NCBI GenBank assembly: GCA_024637055.1
Contig: JAGXFZ010000088.1
Span: 6,828-70,827, forward strand
Source: Gracilibacter sp.
Lineage (GTDB): Bacteria; Bacillota; Desulfitobacteriia; Desulfitobacteriales; Syntrophobotulaceae
Direction of reading: 5' to 3'
DNA length: 64,000 bases
Shown here: piece by piece, positions 18,526 through 28,103 of the stretch
Layout of the letters: every line of letters starts with the position of its first letter
Position numbering within the stretch: the first letter of the stretch is position 1
Program-made: the position numbers and the translations under genes
The notes under the pieces: generated by a model
The model's input: the letters and a program-made list of their open reading frames with translations, nothing else
Database searches by the model: none
What the model was told of the DNA's origin: nothing

Positions 18526-19707
18526 TTGTTTCGAAGAATTCTAGTGCTTCTAAGTCTCATAATCTTTTGCCATCTAAGTCTGCCTCTACCCGTCCAAGCA
18601 GAAGTAGATATAGGGTGGGAGGCTAATTCTGAGGTAGTGGATTTGGCAGAAGAAATAGATTTATCTCAAGTTCAAGATTTACTTAACCAATTAGATCAAG
18701 ATGCCAAGGAATCGCTTCCCGATTTTTCCCTGAGTAAAATCTTTGAGGGTTTGCGGAATGGGGAATTTAGTTTAATGCCGGATGATATCGGCCTTAGTAT
18801 TCTGAAAGCAATTCTCAGGGAAGTTGTTGTCAATGCTCCTTTGATTGCCAAACTGCTGGTGTTAGCAGTGATTTGTGCCATCATTAAGCAACTGCAATTA
18901 GCTTTTACCGGAGATGTTAGTAGACTTGCTCAGATGTTAGTATATCTCGTACTACTGGGATTAGTTATCACTTCTTTCAGTATGGCTGTAGAAATCGCTA
19001 ACAGCGCTATAGATAAGATGGTGAGCTTTATGCAAGCCATACTTCCAGTTATGTTCACCATCCTTTTGGCAATGGGCAATATAACGAGCGCCGCTTTATT
19101 CAAACCAGTGATTATGGGAAGCTTAGTTTTTTTGGCGACAGTCATGAAGAATGTAGTTCTACCATTATTCTTCTTAAGTGTCGTTCTCCGTCTCTTTAAT
19201 AATATCTCGCCTCAGTTTAAACTTAATAAATTTGCCAACTTACTGGAGTTCGGAGGGAAGTTAAGTATCGGCATTGTCTTGACAGTATTCATGGGTATCA
19301 TGACGATGCAAGGGGTAACTGGAGGGGTGGCAGATGGTGTAACCCTACGAACAGCAAAGTACTCTGTAGACTTAATTCCTGTCGTAGGAAAGTTCTTTAA
19401 AGATGCTGTTGAGATTGTAGTAGGTTCAGGATTACTTCTAAAGAATGCTCTAGGCATTGTAGCCATGTTAGCACTCATAATTATTATTCTGGCACCTGTA
19501 GTTAAGATTATTGCAATGATGTTTACTTTTAAGATAGCCGCTGCTTTAGTTGAGCCCTTAGGAGAAAAAGAACTTGCGGATAGTTTGCAGGATATGTCCA
19601 AAGGATTGCTATATATTTTCGCCGCAGTAGCAAGTGTTGGGTTGATGTTCTTTCTGACGATAACAATTATTATTGGGGCCGGGAACTTGGCCGTGATGCT
19701 ACGTTGA
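18526..19707 (+). CDS. spoIIIAE: stage III sporulation protein AE
   Basis: Signal peptide followed by a large polytopic membrane protein, in the conserved position. Confidence 0.85.
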   Translation: MFRRILVLLSLIIFCHLSLPLPVQAEVDIGWEANSEVVDLAEEIDLSQVQDLLNQLDQDAKESLPDFSLSKIFEGLRNGEFSLMPDDIGLSILKAILREVVVNAPLIAKLLVLAVICAIIKQLQLAFTGDVSRLAQMLVYLVLLGLVITSFSMAVEIANSAIDKMVSFMQAILPVMFTILLAMGNITSAALFKPVIMGSLVFLATVMKNVVLPLFFLSVVLRLFNNISPQFKLNKFANLLEFGGKLSIGIVLTVFMGIMTMQGVTGGVADGVTLRTAKYSVDLIPVVGKFFKDAVEIVVGSGLLLKNALGIVAMLALIIIILAPVVKIIAMMFTFKIAAALVEPLGEKELADSLQDMSKGLLYIFAAVASVGLMFFLTITIIIGAGNLAVMLR

Positions 19708-19735
19708 TTTCGAATATTATTGAGGTGTTAAGAAG

Positions 19736-20323
19736 ATGGAAGGACTAAAAACGCTTATACGTAATTTGGCATTTATTCTTTTGCTGGCTACTTTTTTAGA
19801 GATGTTGCTTCCTAATAAGTCGATGAAAGGGTTTGTTCAGCTGGTCATGGGGCTTTTTGTCATAGCAGCTATTTTGAGTCCTCTTACTGAGTTCCTTAAA
19901 CTTGACTTTTCAAATGAAGTGCCGGCTTGGGCTATATCTTCATCTGGTGATATGCCTGTTCTGGCGGCGGAGCGAATGGAAGATACTGGTAATTCTGCTG
20001 TCCGAGAACAGTATAAAAGGATACTGATTAACCAGGTGAAAATCTTCGTGTCGGCGATTGAAGGAGTAGAAGACACAGATGTAAGGGTGGAACTGGAAAA
20101 GGATGCGGGAGGGTTTTCAGACTACCCTCAGATCCTTAAAGTGGAGATTTTTTTCAATCAATCAAAGAGTGGAGTCAAACCAATCGAACCAATAATAATT
20201 GGCGAAAACGATGATGATCAGGATGAAAATGAGCAAACCCCCATGGCTACGGAAATTCAAAGGCAGGTTTCAGCCTTTATGCAGATACCACAAGAGGTTG
20301 TAGTCGTTCGAGAACGGATATAA
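19736..20323 (+). CDS. spoIIIAF: stage III sporulation protein AF
   Basis: Two N-terminal TM helices plus a soluble domain, in the conserved position. Confidence 0.75.
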   Translation: MEGLKTLIRNLAFILLLATFLEMLLPNKSMKGFVQLVMGLFVIAAILSPLTEFLKLDFSNEVPAWAISSSGDMPVLAAERMEDTGNSAVREQYKRILINQVKIFVSAIEGVEDTDVRVELEKDAGGFSDYPQILKVEIFFNQSKSGVKPIEPIIIGENDDDQDENEQTPMATEIQRQVSAFMQIPQEVVVVRERI

Positions 20324-20336
20324 GGAGAGGATAAGA

Positions 20337-20906
20337 ATGGGTATTTTCAAGGAGGGCTCTACGGATAAAGTTATGATGGGTATTGTTATGTTGGTAATCG
20401 TGGCAGCTATCTTTATATTTACAAGTCAAGGAAGTGAACAGGTAACCACGCTTAATCCAGAATCGCAGCCTACTGTCGCTATTACTGAAGATGCAGAAGG
20501 TATCTCTGCTCTAGAGAAGAATTTGGAAGAAAAGATAGCTCTTAATCTGGAGAAGATGAAGGGTGTTGGCAAAGTAAAAGTGCTTGTAACGTATAATGCA
20601 ACTCTTAAGAAAGAGTTTGCCAGGGATGAGAGTTTCACCAAGAGGAATTCAACAGAAACTGATAAAGAAGGCGGCACTAGGGAAACAGTGGAGGAGACAT
20701 CAAGCAATAGTCTTGTCCTGGCCGGTAATACTGGTGCTCTGATTGTAGTTGAAGAACGACCTCAGGTGGCAGGAGTACTTATTATCGCAGAAGGAGCAAG
20801 TGATCCCAAGGTTAAGGAATTGATATTTGAGGCGGTGAGAACGCTTCTAGATATCCAAGCATCCAAAATAAATGTTGCTCCTATGGGAGGGGTTTTGCAT
20901 GTCTAG
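20337..20906 (+). CDS. spoIIIAG: stage III sporulation protein AG
   Basis: N-terminal TM and a C-terminal ring-building-motif-like domain (VAGVLIIAEGA). Confidence 0.8.
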   Translation: MGIFKEGSTDKVMMGIVMLVIVAAIFIFTSQGSEQVTTLNPESQPTVAITEDAEGISALEKNLEEKIALNLEKMKGVGKVKVLVTYNATLKKEFARDESFTKRNSTETDKEGGTRETVEETSSNSLVLAGNTGALIVVEERPQVAGVLIIAEGASDPKVKELIFEAVRTLLDIQASKINVAPMGGVLHV

Positions 20907-21435
20907 AAAAATCTATATTTCTGTGTTTGTAGCCTCATTAACTATCTCCTCATTCTTTTTAGTACTGAACAATAGTAAGCCAGATAAAGCCATTTATGCC
21001 GAGAACAACAACTCTATGTACGTAGAAGTTATTTTTCCTGAGAATAATATAAAATTTTTCTCAGAGATAGTTGACTTGAATAACTATAAAGGGCAAAGCT
21101 ATTTTGTTAACTATCGAATAAAACGAGAACAGATGAGGCAAGAATTCAAGGAGATGCTTTGGCAACTACTTCAGTCTGATATTACAGACACGCGTGAACA
21201 GGCTCAAAAACGCTGGCTGAATTTAAGTGATAAGATAGCTAAAGAAGACGAGATAGAAAATATCCTTAAGATGCAAGGATATGAAGATGTCGTCTCTGAT
21301 GTCAATGGTGAAAAGGTTAATGTCACTGTTTTAAGTGAAGGTTTAACCCAACAGGAAATTGGCAACATAAAGAGTATTGCAGCAAGTGTGTCAGGATTGA
21401 CCCAGGGAAAAATCCAGGTGATTACTAAATTGTAG
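20899..21435 (+). CDS. spoIIIAH: stage III sporulation protein AH
   Basis: N-terminal TM, last gene of the operon. ATG at 20899 follows a GGGAGGGG RBS. Confidence 0.7.
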   Translation: MSRKIYISVFVASLTISSFFLVLNNSKPDKAIYAENNNSMYVEVIFPENNIKFFSEIVDLNNYKGQSYFVNYRIKREQMRQEFKEMLWQLLQSDITDTREQAQKRWLNLSDKIAKEDEIENILKMQGYEDVVSDVNGEKVNVTVLSEGLTQQEIGNIKSIAASVSGLTQGKIQVITKL

Positions 21436-21469
21436 CATTAGTATAATAAGCTTGTTCTCGGTATGGGAC

Positions 21470-21497
21470 TTGCTGTGAGTGTGTATTCTGTTATAAT
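21470..21497 (+). promoter_or_regulatory. candidate sigma-A promoter with extended -10 (TTGCTG-N16-TATAAT, with the TGT of the extended -10 inside the spacer)
   Basis: Hexamers read directly from the sequence, about 45 nt upstream of asp23. Confidence 0.4.
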
Positions 21498-21540
21498 ATT
21501 TATAATAGGCTATAGTTGGAAATAAAATGAGGTGAATAAG

Positions 21541-21930
21541 ATGGATAATGCAATGATACATGACTCAAATGGATCAGTACGGATTGCCGATGAAGTTGTT
21601 GAAATCATAGCTGGGATGGCAGCTTCTGAAGTTAAAGGAGTTGCAGAAATGAGCGGAGGTTTTGTTGGCGATATCGCGAATATGCTAACAAGAGGTAAAA
21701 ATGCTTCCAAGGGCATAAAAGTTGAAGTTGGTGAGAAGGAAGCATCGGTAGATTTATTCTTAGCAGTGGAATATGGAGTATCCATCCCTGATGTAGCTCA
21801 GAAAGTTCAGGAAACTGTTAAGGAAGCTATTGAAGGTATGACAGGATTAAAAGTACTAGAAATCAATGTTCATATCCAAGGGATAGTCTCCAAGCAATTA
21901 ACAGAAATCAAGGAAATTAAAGAAAGCTAG
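21541..21930 (+). CDS. Asp23/Gls24-family alkaline shock protein
   Basis: The IADEVVEIIAGMAASEVKGV N-terminus is typical of Asp23. Confidence 0.85.
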   Translation: MDNAMIHDSNGSVRIADEVVEIIAGMAASEVKGVAEMSGGFVGDIANMLTRGKNASKGIKVEVGEKEASVDLFLAVEYGVSIPDVAQKVQETVKEAIEGMTGLKVLEINVHIQGIVSKQLTEIKEIKES

Positions 21931-22013
21931 AAAGAAAATCCATAGTATACGGATTTTATTTAAAGAGGTGAGCGTGCTGTGCAGACTTTTTGTCTTGGGC
22001 ATGCATTAAGAAA

Positions 22014-22283
22014 ATGAGTAGCTTTTGGAGGAGTATAGGAGAGAGAGTCACTTACATCATCGAGTGGAGCCTAGAAAACCATCCTGGTAAATCAATCGGC
22101 TTATTAGCCGGGTTTACCTTGTCTTTATTATTGATTATTTTTGGTTTTTGGCAGACGGTTCTTTTAATAGCTTTATCTTTTACTGGGTATTATTTAGGTA
22201 AGTGCTGGGATGACGGTATATTACCTCCATGGTTAAAAAAAATTGTACATAGAATATCTTTCAGAGGTAAAGATAAATATTAA
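22014..22283 (+). CDS. small integral membrane protein (DUF2273-like)
   Basis: About 90 aa with two TM helices, directly downstream of asp23 as is commonly seen. Confidence 0.55.
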   Translation: MSSFWRSIGERVTYIIEWSLENHPGKSIGLLAGFTLSLLLIIFGFWQTVLLIALSFTGYYLGKCWDDGILPPWLKKIVHRISFRGKDKY

Positions 22284-22394
22284 GCACAGTATCACTCCAA
22301 TTCTGTACGTTGTCGTTGGGTAAAACTGTTTATTTGCTATGTAAAAAAGATTTCAACAAGCTTTGCACTAAAAAATAAATATCGGAGGCTGTAA

Positions 22395-22805
22395 ATGAGT
22401 AGAAGAGTGGCACGGGAAACAGCCCTACAAGTATTATTTCAGATTGATTTCACAGGGGAAGTAGATTCATTAGAACAGGTTATCGAACACTGGGCCAAAG
22501 AATTTGCTGTCTCGGAAAAGAATAAGAAATTTACTTCAGAATTGGTCGAGGGTACACTAAAGCATAAACAGGATATAGATGAAAAGATTTCTGCTACAGC
22601 CCATGAGTGGGCTTTGGACAGGTTAAACACTGTCGATCGCAATTTAATGAGATTAGCTATTTTTGAGATGTTATATTATCCGGATACCCCTCAAAGAGTT
22701 ACTCTTAATGAAGCAATAGAGATTGCTAAGAAATTCGGTAGTGAAGAGTCAGGTAAGTTTATTAATGGGATATTGGATAAGTTGATGGATAGTAGCGAGA
22801 AGTAA
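22395..22805 (+). CDS. nusB: transcription antitermination factor NusB
   Basis: The RRVARETALQVLFQ start and the NGILD C-terminal motif. Confidence 0.9.
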   Translation: MSRRVARETALQVLFQIDFTGEVDSLEQVIEHWAKEFAVSEKNKKFTSELVEGTLKHKQDIDEKISATAHEWALDRLNTVDRNLMRLAIFEMLYYPDTPQRVTLNEAIEIAKKFGSEESGKFINGILDKLMDSSEK

Positions 22806-22823
22806 GGCTCATTTTATGAAGGA

Positions 22824-23007
22824 TATTGTTTATTCGTGTATTGCCCGTTCGCCACGCTGCGAAGCTGTTCGCTTGCTGATATAGCTAATGCGCAAAACCT
22901 ATGGGTAATACCTGAAGTTAACCGTTGCGCATCTTAACGCTATATCAGACTGTGCTCACAACGCTTCTCCGCTAACGGCTCACTATGCAATACACAAATA
23001 AACAATA
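22824..23007 (+). repeat. ~185-nt long irregular hairpin (candidate structured RNA or MITE-like palindrome)
   Basis: The outer 21-bp helix (22824-22844 with 22987-23007) has one mismatch. Inner helices pair 22876-22885 with 22939-22948 (10 bp) and 22889-22895 with 22925-22931 (7 bp). The central region is only partly paired. Confidence 0.7.
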
Positions 23008-23053
23008 AAGATACAGAAAATGACTTATTATAGGGGCTAAGGAGAAGGAAAGC

Positions 23054-24001
23054 ATGATGTATTTGGGGATTGATACAAGTGCATATACATCGTCTGTGGC
23101 TGTTGTTGATGACAGTAAGCAGATTATATGGGAGAATCGTCGTCTTCTACAAGTGCCTCTAGGAGAGAAGGGCCTCGCACAATCTGAGGCTCTTTTTAAG
23201 CATATACAGGTTCTTCCCGAGATAATCGCTGAGGTACCATCAGATATTTGGCAGGAGATAAAGGGTATTGGAGTGAGTACCACTCCTAGACGTGTTGAGG
23301 GTTCGTATATGCCAGTTTTTACGGCAGGGATGGCTATTGCTTCGTCGTTAGCCAGCGCTTTAAGGGTTGACCTTGTTCATACGAGTCATCAGGAGGGACA
23401 CCTAGTAGCAGGTTTAGAGTCTACTGAGGGGTTTGATGCTACAGAGTTTTTAGCTGTTCACCTTTCTGGTGGTACGACCGAAATTTTACATGTCATTAAA
23501 GATATACCTGGCCGATATACGATTAAAATTCTTGGTGCCAGTTCTGATCTTCATGCAGGTCAATTTATTGATAGGGTGGGGACTCGTCTGGGACTGTCGT
23601 TTCCTGCCGGCAGGGAATTAGAAAAGATGGCCTTAAAAGCCTCGCCCGGATCAGCCTCACTACTTCCATCTTCGGTAAAAGGTTATGAAATGAGTTTTTC
23701 CGGAGTGGAGTCCTTAGTACAACGAATGATCGATGACAAGAAAAAGCCTGCTGACCTTGCTAGGGCAGTCGAGGGGTGTATAGTCAGAACATTAACTAAA
23801 GTTCTAGAAAAAGCTGTAGGTGAGACAGGTTTGAATCAAATTTTATTAGTTGGTGGAGTAGCTGCAAACAAATATATAAGAAATGAATTAGAAAAAAAAC
23901 TTCGCAACCAAGGACGTTTGCACTGGGCTAGAACTGAGTGGAGTACCGATAACTCCATAGGAGTAGCTTTAATTGCCAGTGAAGTATTACACTTACCATG
24001 A
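23054..24001 (+). CDS. Kae1/TsaD-like (glycoprotease M22 family) protein
   Basis: N-terminal GIDTSAYTSSVAVV, HxxxH motif (SHQEGH), C-terminal GGVAANKYIR and STDNS motifs. Shorter than canonical TsaD. Confidence 0.6.
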   Translation: MMYLGIDTSAYTSSVAVVDDSKQIIWENRRLLQVPLGEKGLAQSEALFKHIQVLPEIIAEVPSDIWQEIKGIGVSTTPRRVEGSYMPVFTAGMAIASSLASALRVDLVHTSHQEGHLVAGLESTEGFDATEFLAVHLSGGTTEILHVIKDIPGRYTIKILGASSDLHAGQFIDRVGTRLGLSFPAGRELEKMALKASPGSASLLPSSVKGYEMSFSGVESLVQRMIDDKKKPADLARAVEGCIVRTLTKVLEKAVGETGLNQILLVGGVAANKYIRNELEKKLRNQGRLHWARTEWSTDNSIGVALIASEVLHLP

Positions 24002-24253
24002 ATTTCAGTATTAACTTTTGAGTTAACTAGTGGTATCATATAGAATTGTAGAAAGGATATTAAAATATTTAAATATTGTGACAATTTACAATAAGTTATT
24101 TTAAGTATCTTATATTATGAATTATTTCACTTAACAGATATAATTGTTAATTTGTAATATTTAACAGGGGGTAGCATTAAGCACACGAATTATTACAATT
24201 GAAGCAATAATTTGTGACGTAATTTGCAATAATATTAGTAATATGGAGGAGGA

Positions 24254-25108
24254 GTGAAAAAAGTGTACAGAGTAGTCAAAAGAAGAGAGCTAGCTGAAGC
24301 AATTGTTTTGCTAGAAGTTGAAGCACCAGCTGTAGCTAAAAAAGCTCAACCAGGAGAGTTTGTTATTGTTCGTCAGAACGATAATTCAGAACGTATTCCA
24401 CTAACTATCATGGATTTCAATCGAGAAAAAGGAACAATCACTATAGTCATTCAAGAAGTAGGGTATTCATCTGCGCTGATTACCGATATGCAAGAGGGAG
24501 ACTCTTTTGTTGATTTTGTTGGACCTCTTGGGATAGCTACAGAAATAGAGAATTATGGAACCGTTCTATGTGTAGGGGGCGGTGTAGGAATTGCTCCAAT
24601 TCATCCTATTGCACGGGGATTAAAAGAGGCAGGCAATAAAGTAATTTCTGTACTTGGTGCTAGGTCCAAAGATTTGATGATTTTGGAAGAAGAAATGAGA
24701 GCTGCAAGTGATGAGGTTGTCATCGCTACGGATGATGGTTCATATGGAATTAAAGGTTTTGTAACGCATGGAATACAATCCATCTTGGATAAAGGTGTAA
24801 AAATAGATTGTATCTGGGCTATCGGCCCCGCTATTATGATGAAATCTGTTGCTAACTTTACAAGACCTTTGGGTATCAAGACCATAGTAAGTATGAACAC
24901 AATTATGGTAGACGGTACCGGGATGTGTGGAGCTTGTAGACTTGAGGTTGATGGAGAAACTAAATTTGCCTGTGTTGATGGACCGGAATTTGATGGACAC
25001 AAAGTAGATTTCGATCTAGCTATGAAACGCTCTGGGTTCTTCCGCAATGAAGAAGCTGTCGCTTATGATAAGATTAAGAGTTGTAAGTCGGGAAAGGAGG
25101 GCAAATAA
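24254..25108 (+). CDS. nfnA: NfnA-like FAD/[2Fe-2S] oxidoreductase subunit (PyrK/sulfide dehydrogenase-like)
   Basis: RIPLT FAD motif, GGGVGIAP NAD motif, C-terminal Cys cluster (CGACR...C). Paired with a GltD-like subunit. Confidence 0.7.
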   Translation: MKKVYRVVKRRELAEAIVLLEVEAPAVAKKAQPGEFVIVRQNDNSERIPLTIMDFNREKGTITIVIQEVGYSSALITDMQEGDSFVDFVGPLGIATEIENYGTVLCVGGGVGIAPIHPIARGLKEAGNKVISVLGARSKDLMILEEEMRAASDEVVIATDDGSYGIKGFVTHGIQSILDKGVKIDCIWAIGPAIMMKSVANFTRPLGIKTIVSMNTIMVDGTGMCGACRLEVDGETKFACVDGPEFDGHKVDFDLAMKRSGFFRNEEAVAYDKIKSCKSGKEGK

Positions 25109-25109
25109 C

Positions 25110-26498
25110 ATGGCTTCAAAAGCACCACGTCATGAAATGCCCACTCAGGAAGCTAAAGTAAGGGCCCAAAACTTTAACGAAGTTGCTTTAGGATATTCTG
25201 CCGAAACAGCAATTGAAGAAGCGAATCGTTGTATTCAATGTAAAAAAGCAAAATGTATAGAAGGTTGTCCTGTTGGGATTGATATTCCAAAATTTGTAAA
25301 ACAAATTGCTGAAGGAGCTTTCTCAGAATCAGCTAGAATACTAAAAGAAACCAATACTCTTCCCGCGATCTGTGGACGGGTATGTCCTCAAGAGAGCCAG
25401 TGCGAATCAAAGTGCATTCTTGGTGTCAAAGGCGAGCCTGTGGCTATTGGTCGTTTAGAGCGTTTTGCTGCAGATCATGAGATGGCCAATGGAAACACGA
25501 AATATGAGAAAACAAAACCAACTGGCAAAAAAGTAGCCATTATCGGAGCGGGCCCGGCTGGACTGACTTGTGCCGCTGAATTGGCGCGTGAAGGTCATGG
25601 GGTTACTGTTTTTGAAGCCCTTCATGTACCAGGCGGGGTTCTAATGTATGGAATTCCAGAATTCCGACTACCCAAAAACGTAGTCCAACAAGAAATCAAC
25701 AATCTAAAGGATATGGGTGTAGAAATCCTTACCAATCAGGTTGTGGGGAAGATAACTTCTGTTAAAGAACTATTGGAAAACGGATATGATGCTGTATTCC
25801 TCGGTACAGGTGCCGGACTTCCTTATTTCATGAAGATCCCTGGCGAAAATTTAAATGGTGTTTATTCAGCTAATGAATTCCTTACGAGATCTAATCTCAT
25901 GAAAGCTTATGATTTTCCAAATAACGATACACCGATTAAAATTGGTGATCAAGTAGCGGTACTCGGTGGAGGTAACGTAGCTATGGATGCTGCAAGAACA
26001 GCCTATAGACTCGGAGCCAAGGATGTATATATTGTTTATCGTCGTTCGATGAATGAATTACCAGCACGTGCTGAAGAAGTCCACCACGCAGAAGAAGAAG
26101 GAATACAATTCAAAATTTTGACCAACCCGATTGCGATTAATGGAGACGAGAACGGTAATGTTAAGAGCATGACCTGTCTAAAATATGAATTAGGTGAACC
26201 AGATGCTTCCGGACGCCGTCGTCCTGTTGCGATTGAAGGTTCTGAATTCGAGCTTCCGGTTCAAACAGTAGTCGTATCTATCGGTCAAGGTCCAAACCCT
26301 CTCGTAACAACTACTACTCCTGGACTGGAACTCAATAAATGGGGTAATATCGTGGCTGACGAAAGTACGATGGCGACTTCTATCCCTGGCGTATATGCAG
26401 GTGGAGATATTGTCACAGGTGCAGCAACTGTTATCCTTGCTATGGGAGCTGGTAAAACAGCAGCAGCCTCTATCAATGAATATCTTAAAACTAAGTAG
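25110..26498 (+). CDS. nfnB: NfnB-like / GltD-family NADPH-dependent oxidoreductase subunit
   Basis: Two Cys clusters (CIQCKKAKCIEGCP, CGRVCPQESQCESKC) and a GAGPAGL dinucleotide fold. ATG at 25110 follows a GGAGG RBS. Confidence 0.8.
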   Translation: MASKAPRHEMPTQEAKVRAQNFNEVALGYSAETAIEEANRCIQCKKAKCIEGCPVGIDIPKFVKQIAEGAFSESARILKETNTLPAICGRVCPQESQCESKCILGVKGEPVAIGRLERFAADHEMANGNTKYEKTKPTGKKVAIIGAGPAGLTCAAELAREGHGVTVFEALHVPGGVLMYGIPEFRLPKNVVQQEINNLKDMGVEILTNQVVGKITSVKELLENGYDAVFLGTGAGLPYFMKIPGENLNGVYSANEFLTRSNLMKAYDFPNNDTPIKIGDQVAVLGGGNVAMDAARTAYRLGAKDVYIVYRRSMNELPARAEEVHHAEEEGIQFKILTNPIAINGDENGNVKSMTCLKYELGEPDASGRRRPVAIEGSEFELPVQTVVVSIGQGPNPLVTTTTPGLELNKWGNIVADESTMATSIPGVYAGGDIVTGAATVILAMGAGKTAAASINEYLKTK

Positions 26499-26523
26499 AC
26501 AACATTCAATATAACTATCTATT

Positions 26524-26558
26524 AACCCTGTAACTCAGTAGGAGTATACAGGGTTTTT
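26524..26558 (+). terminator. rho-independent terminator after nfnB
   Basis: 9-bp stem aaccctgta/tacagggtt followed by TTTTT. Confidence 0.7.
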
Positions 26559-26639
26559 AATTGAATAGAGGTGTATTCAAGTATATAATGGGATATAGAC
26601 ATTTTGGTCATGGATTCATGTATGGAGGAAGAAACATTT

Positions 26640-27854
26640 ATGCCACCTAAAGTTTTTACTGTTTCTGAAATCAATAGTGAGATAGGAAATGCCTTAAAAA
26701 AACAGAGTTTACTTAATTGTTGGATAACAGGAGAAATTTCGAATTATAAAAACCATATACCTTCGGGGCATTGGTATTTTACTTTAAAAGATCAGAATGC
26801 GGCCTTGAGGGGAGTTATGTTTCGGACCCAAGCTCTTAATGTGGCCTTTAAACCTCAGAATGGGATGAAAGTTATTGTACGGGGTAGTATTCGGTTATAT
26901 CAAAAAGATGGTAGTGTTCAGATTTACGTAGAAGAGATATATCCGAGTGGAGTTGGTGCGCTTTATCTAGCATTCGAACAATTAAAACAAAGTTTAGCCC
27001 AAGAAGGGTTGTTCTCACAGGAGAACAAAAAGCCAATTCCAAAATATCCGTCTAGAATAGCTATCGTCACGAGTGCTACAGGTGCCGCCCTTAAGGATAT
27101 TTTGCATGTCGCCCAAAGACGTAATCCTTGTATTTCCTTAATAGTTATTCCTTCCGCTGTTCAGGGTGAGGTTGCCTCTAAGGAGATTGCTCAAGGGATT
27201 AGTCGAGCTAATCGGTATGGAAATATTGATTTAATCATAGTGGGACGAGGAGGAGGATCTTTAGAAGAGTTATGGGCTTTCAATACTGAAGAGGTAGCCA
27301 GAGCCATAGCCGGGTCTAATATTCCGGTAATATCGGCGGTCGGTCACGAGATCGACTATACCATCTCAGATCTTGTCGCGGATCTAAGAGCCCCTACTCC
27401 TTCGGCTGCAGCAGAACTTGTTATACCTATCCTTGCTGATCTAAAAGCAGGAGTTCGTTATTCCGAAGATAAGCTGCATTTCCAGATTAGAGATATCCTG
27501 GAGAGAAAGAGAAGAGCAGTAGAAGAACTTCGGGCGAATCCAGTTTTATCTAGACCTACTTGGCGTCTTGAACAATCTAGACAAGAACTAGATGCTGTGT
27601 CAGCGCGATTGCAGGAAGCTATAACTGGATTTATAAATGACAGAAGTGGTATACTTAAATTAGCAAGTGCCAAACTTGATTTACTCAGTCCACTTCAAAC
27701 ATTGAGCAGGGGATACTCACTGGCTTATGATTATCAGGGAAAAGTAATTAAATCAGTCGGACAAGTTAATAAGGGAGAAGAATTACACCTGAAAATCAAA
27801 GATGGTACTGTTGAATGTGAAGTTAAATCCAGAAAATATGATGAGGTAAAATAA
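26640..27854 (+). CDS. xseA: exodeoxyribonuclease VII large subunit
   Basis: OB-fold N-terminus (VSEINSEI...GEISN...SGHWYFTLKD) and the GRGGGS motif. Confidence 0.9.
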   Translation: MPPKVFTVSEINSEIGNALKKQSLLNCWITGEISNYKNHIPSGHWYFTLKDQNAALRGVMFRTQALNVAFKPQNGMKVIVRGSIRLYQKDGSVQIYVEEIYPSGVGALYLAFEQLKQSLAQEGLFSQENKKPIPKYPSRIAIVTSATGAALKDILHVAQRRNPCISLIVIPSAVQGEVASKEIAQGISRANRYGNIDLIIVGRGGGSLEELWAFNTEEVARAIAGSNIPVISAVGHEIDYTISDLVADLRAPTPSAAAELVIPILADLKAGVRYSEDKLHFQIRDILERKRRAVEELRANPVLSRPTWRLEQSRQELDAVSARLQEAITGFINDRSGILKLASAKLDLLSPLQTLSRGYSLAYDYQGKVIKSVGQVNKGEELHLKIKDGTVECEVKSRKYDEVK

Positions 27855-27857
27855 AAA

Positions 27858-28103
27858 ATGGAAAATAAGAGTCTTATTAGTTTTGAGCAGGGAATTGAAA
27901 AGCTAGAGCAGGTCATAAATGATTTGGATAAGAACAATGTCCCTTTGGATCAGGCTTTGCAATTATTTAATGATGGAATTGGCTTAGTTAAGCATTGTAA
28001 CGGACTTCTAGATTCAGCAGAAGAAAAAGTTAAAGTCCTGTTAGAAGATGCGAATGGTGATTTTAGTACCGATAATTTTATTATTTCAGGAGAAGGTCAA
28101 TAA
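27858..28103 (+). CDS. xseB: exodeoxyribonuclease VII small subunit
   Basis: About 80-aa helical protein with the FEQGIEKLEQVI start. Follows xseA. Confidence 0.85.
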   Translation: MENKSLISFEQGIEKLEQVINDLDKNNVPLDQALQLFNDGIGLVKHCNGLLDSAEEKVKVLLEDANGDFSTDNFIISGEGQ

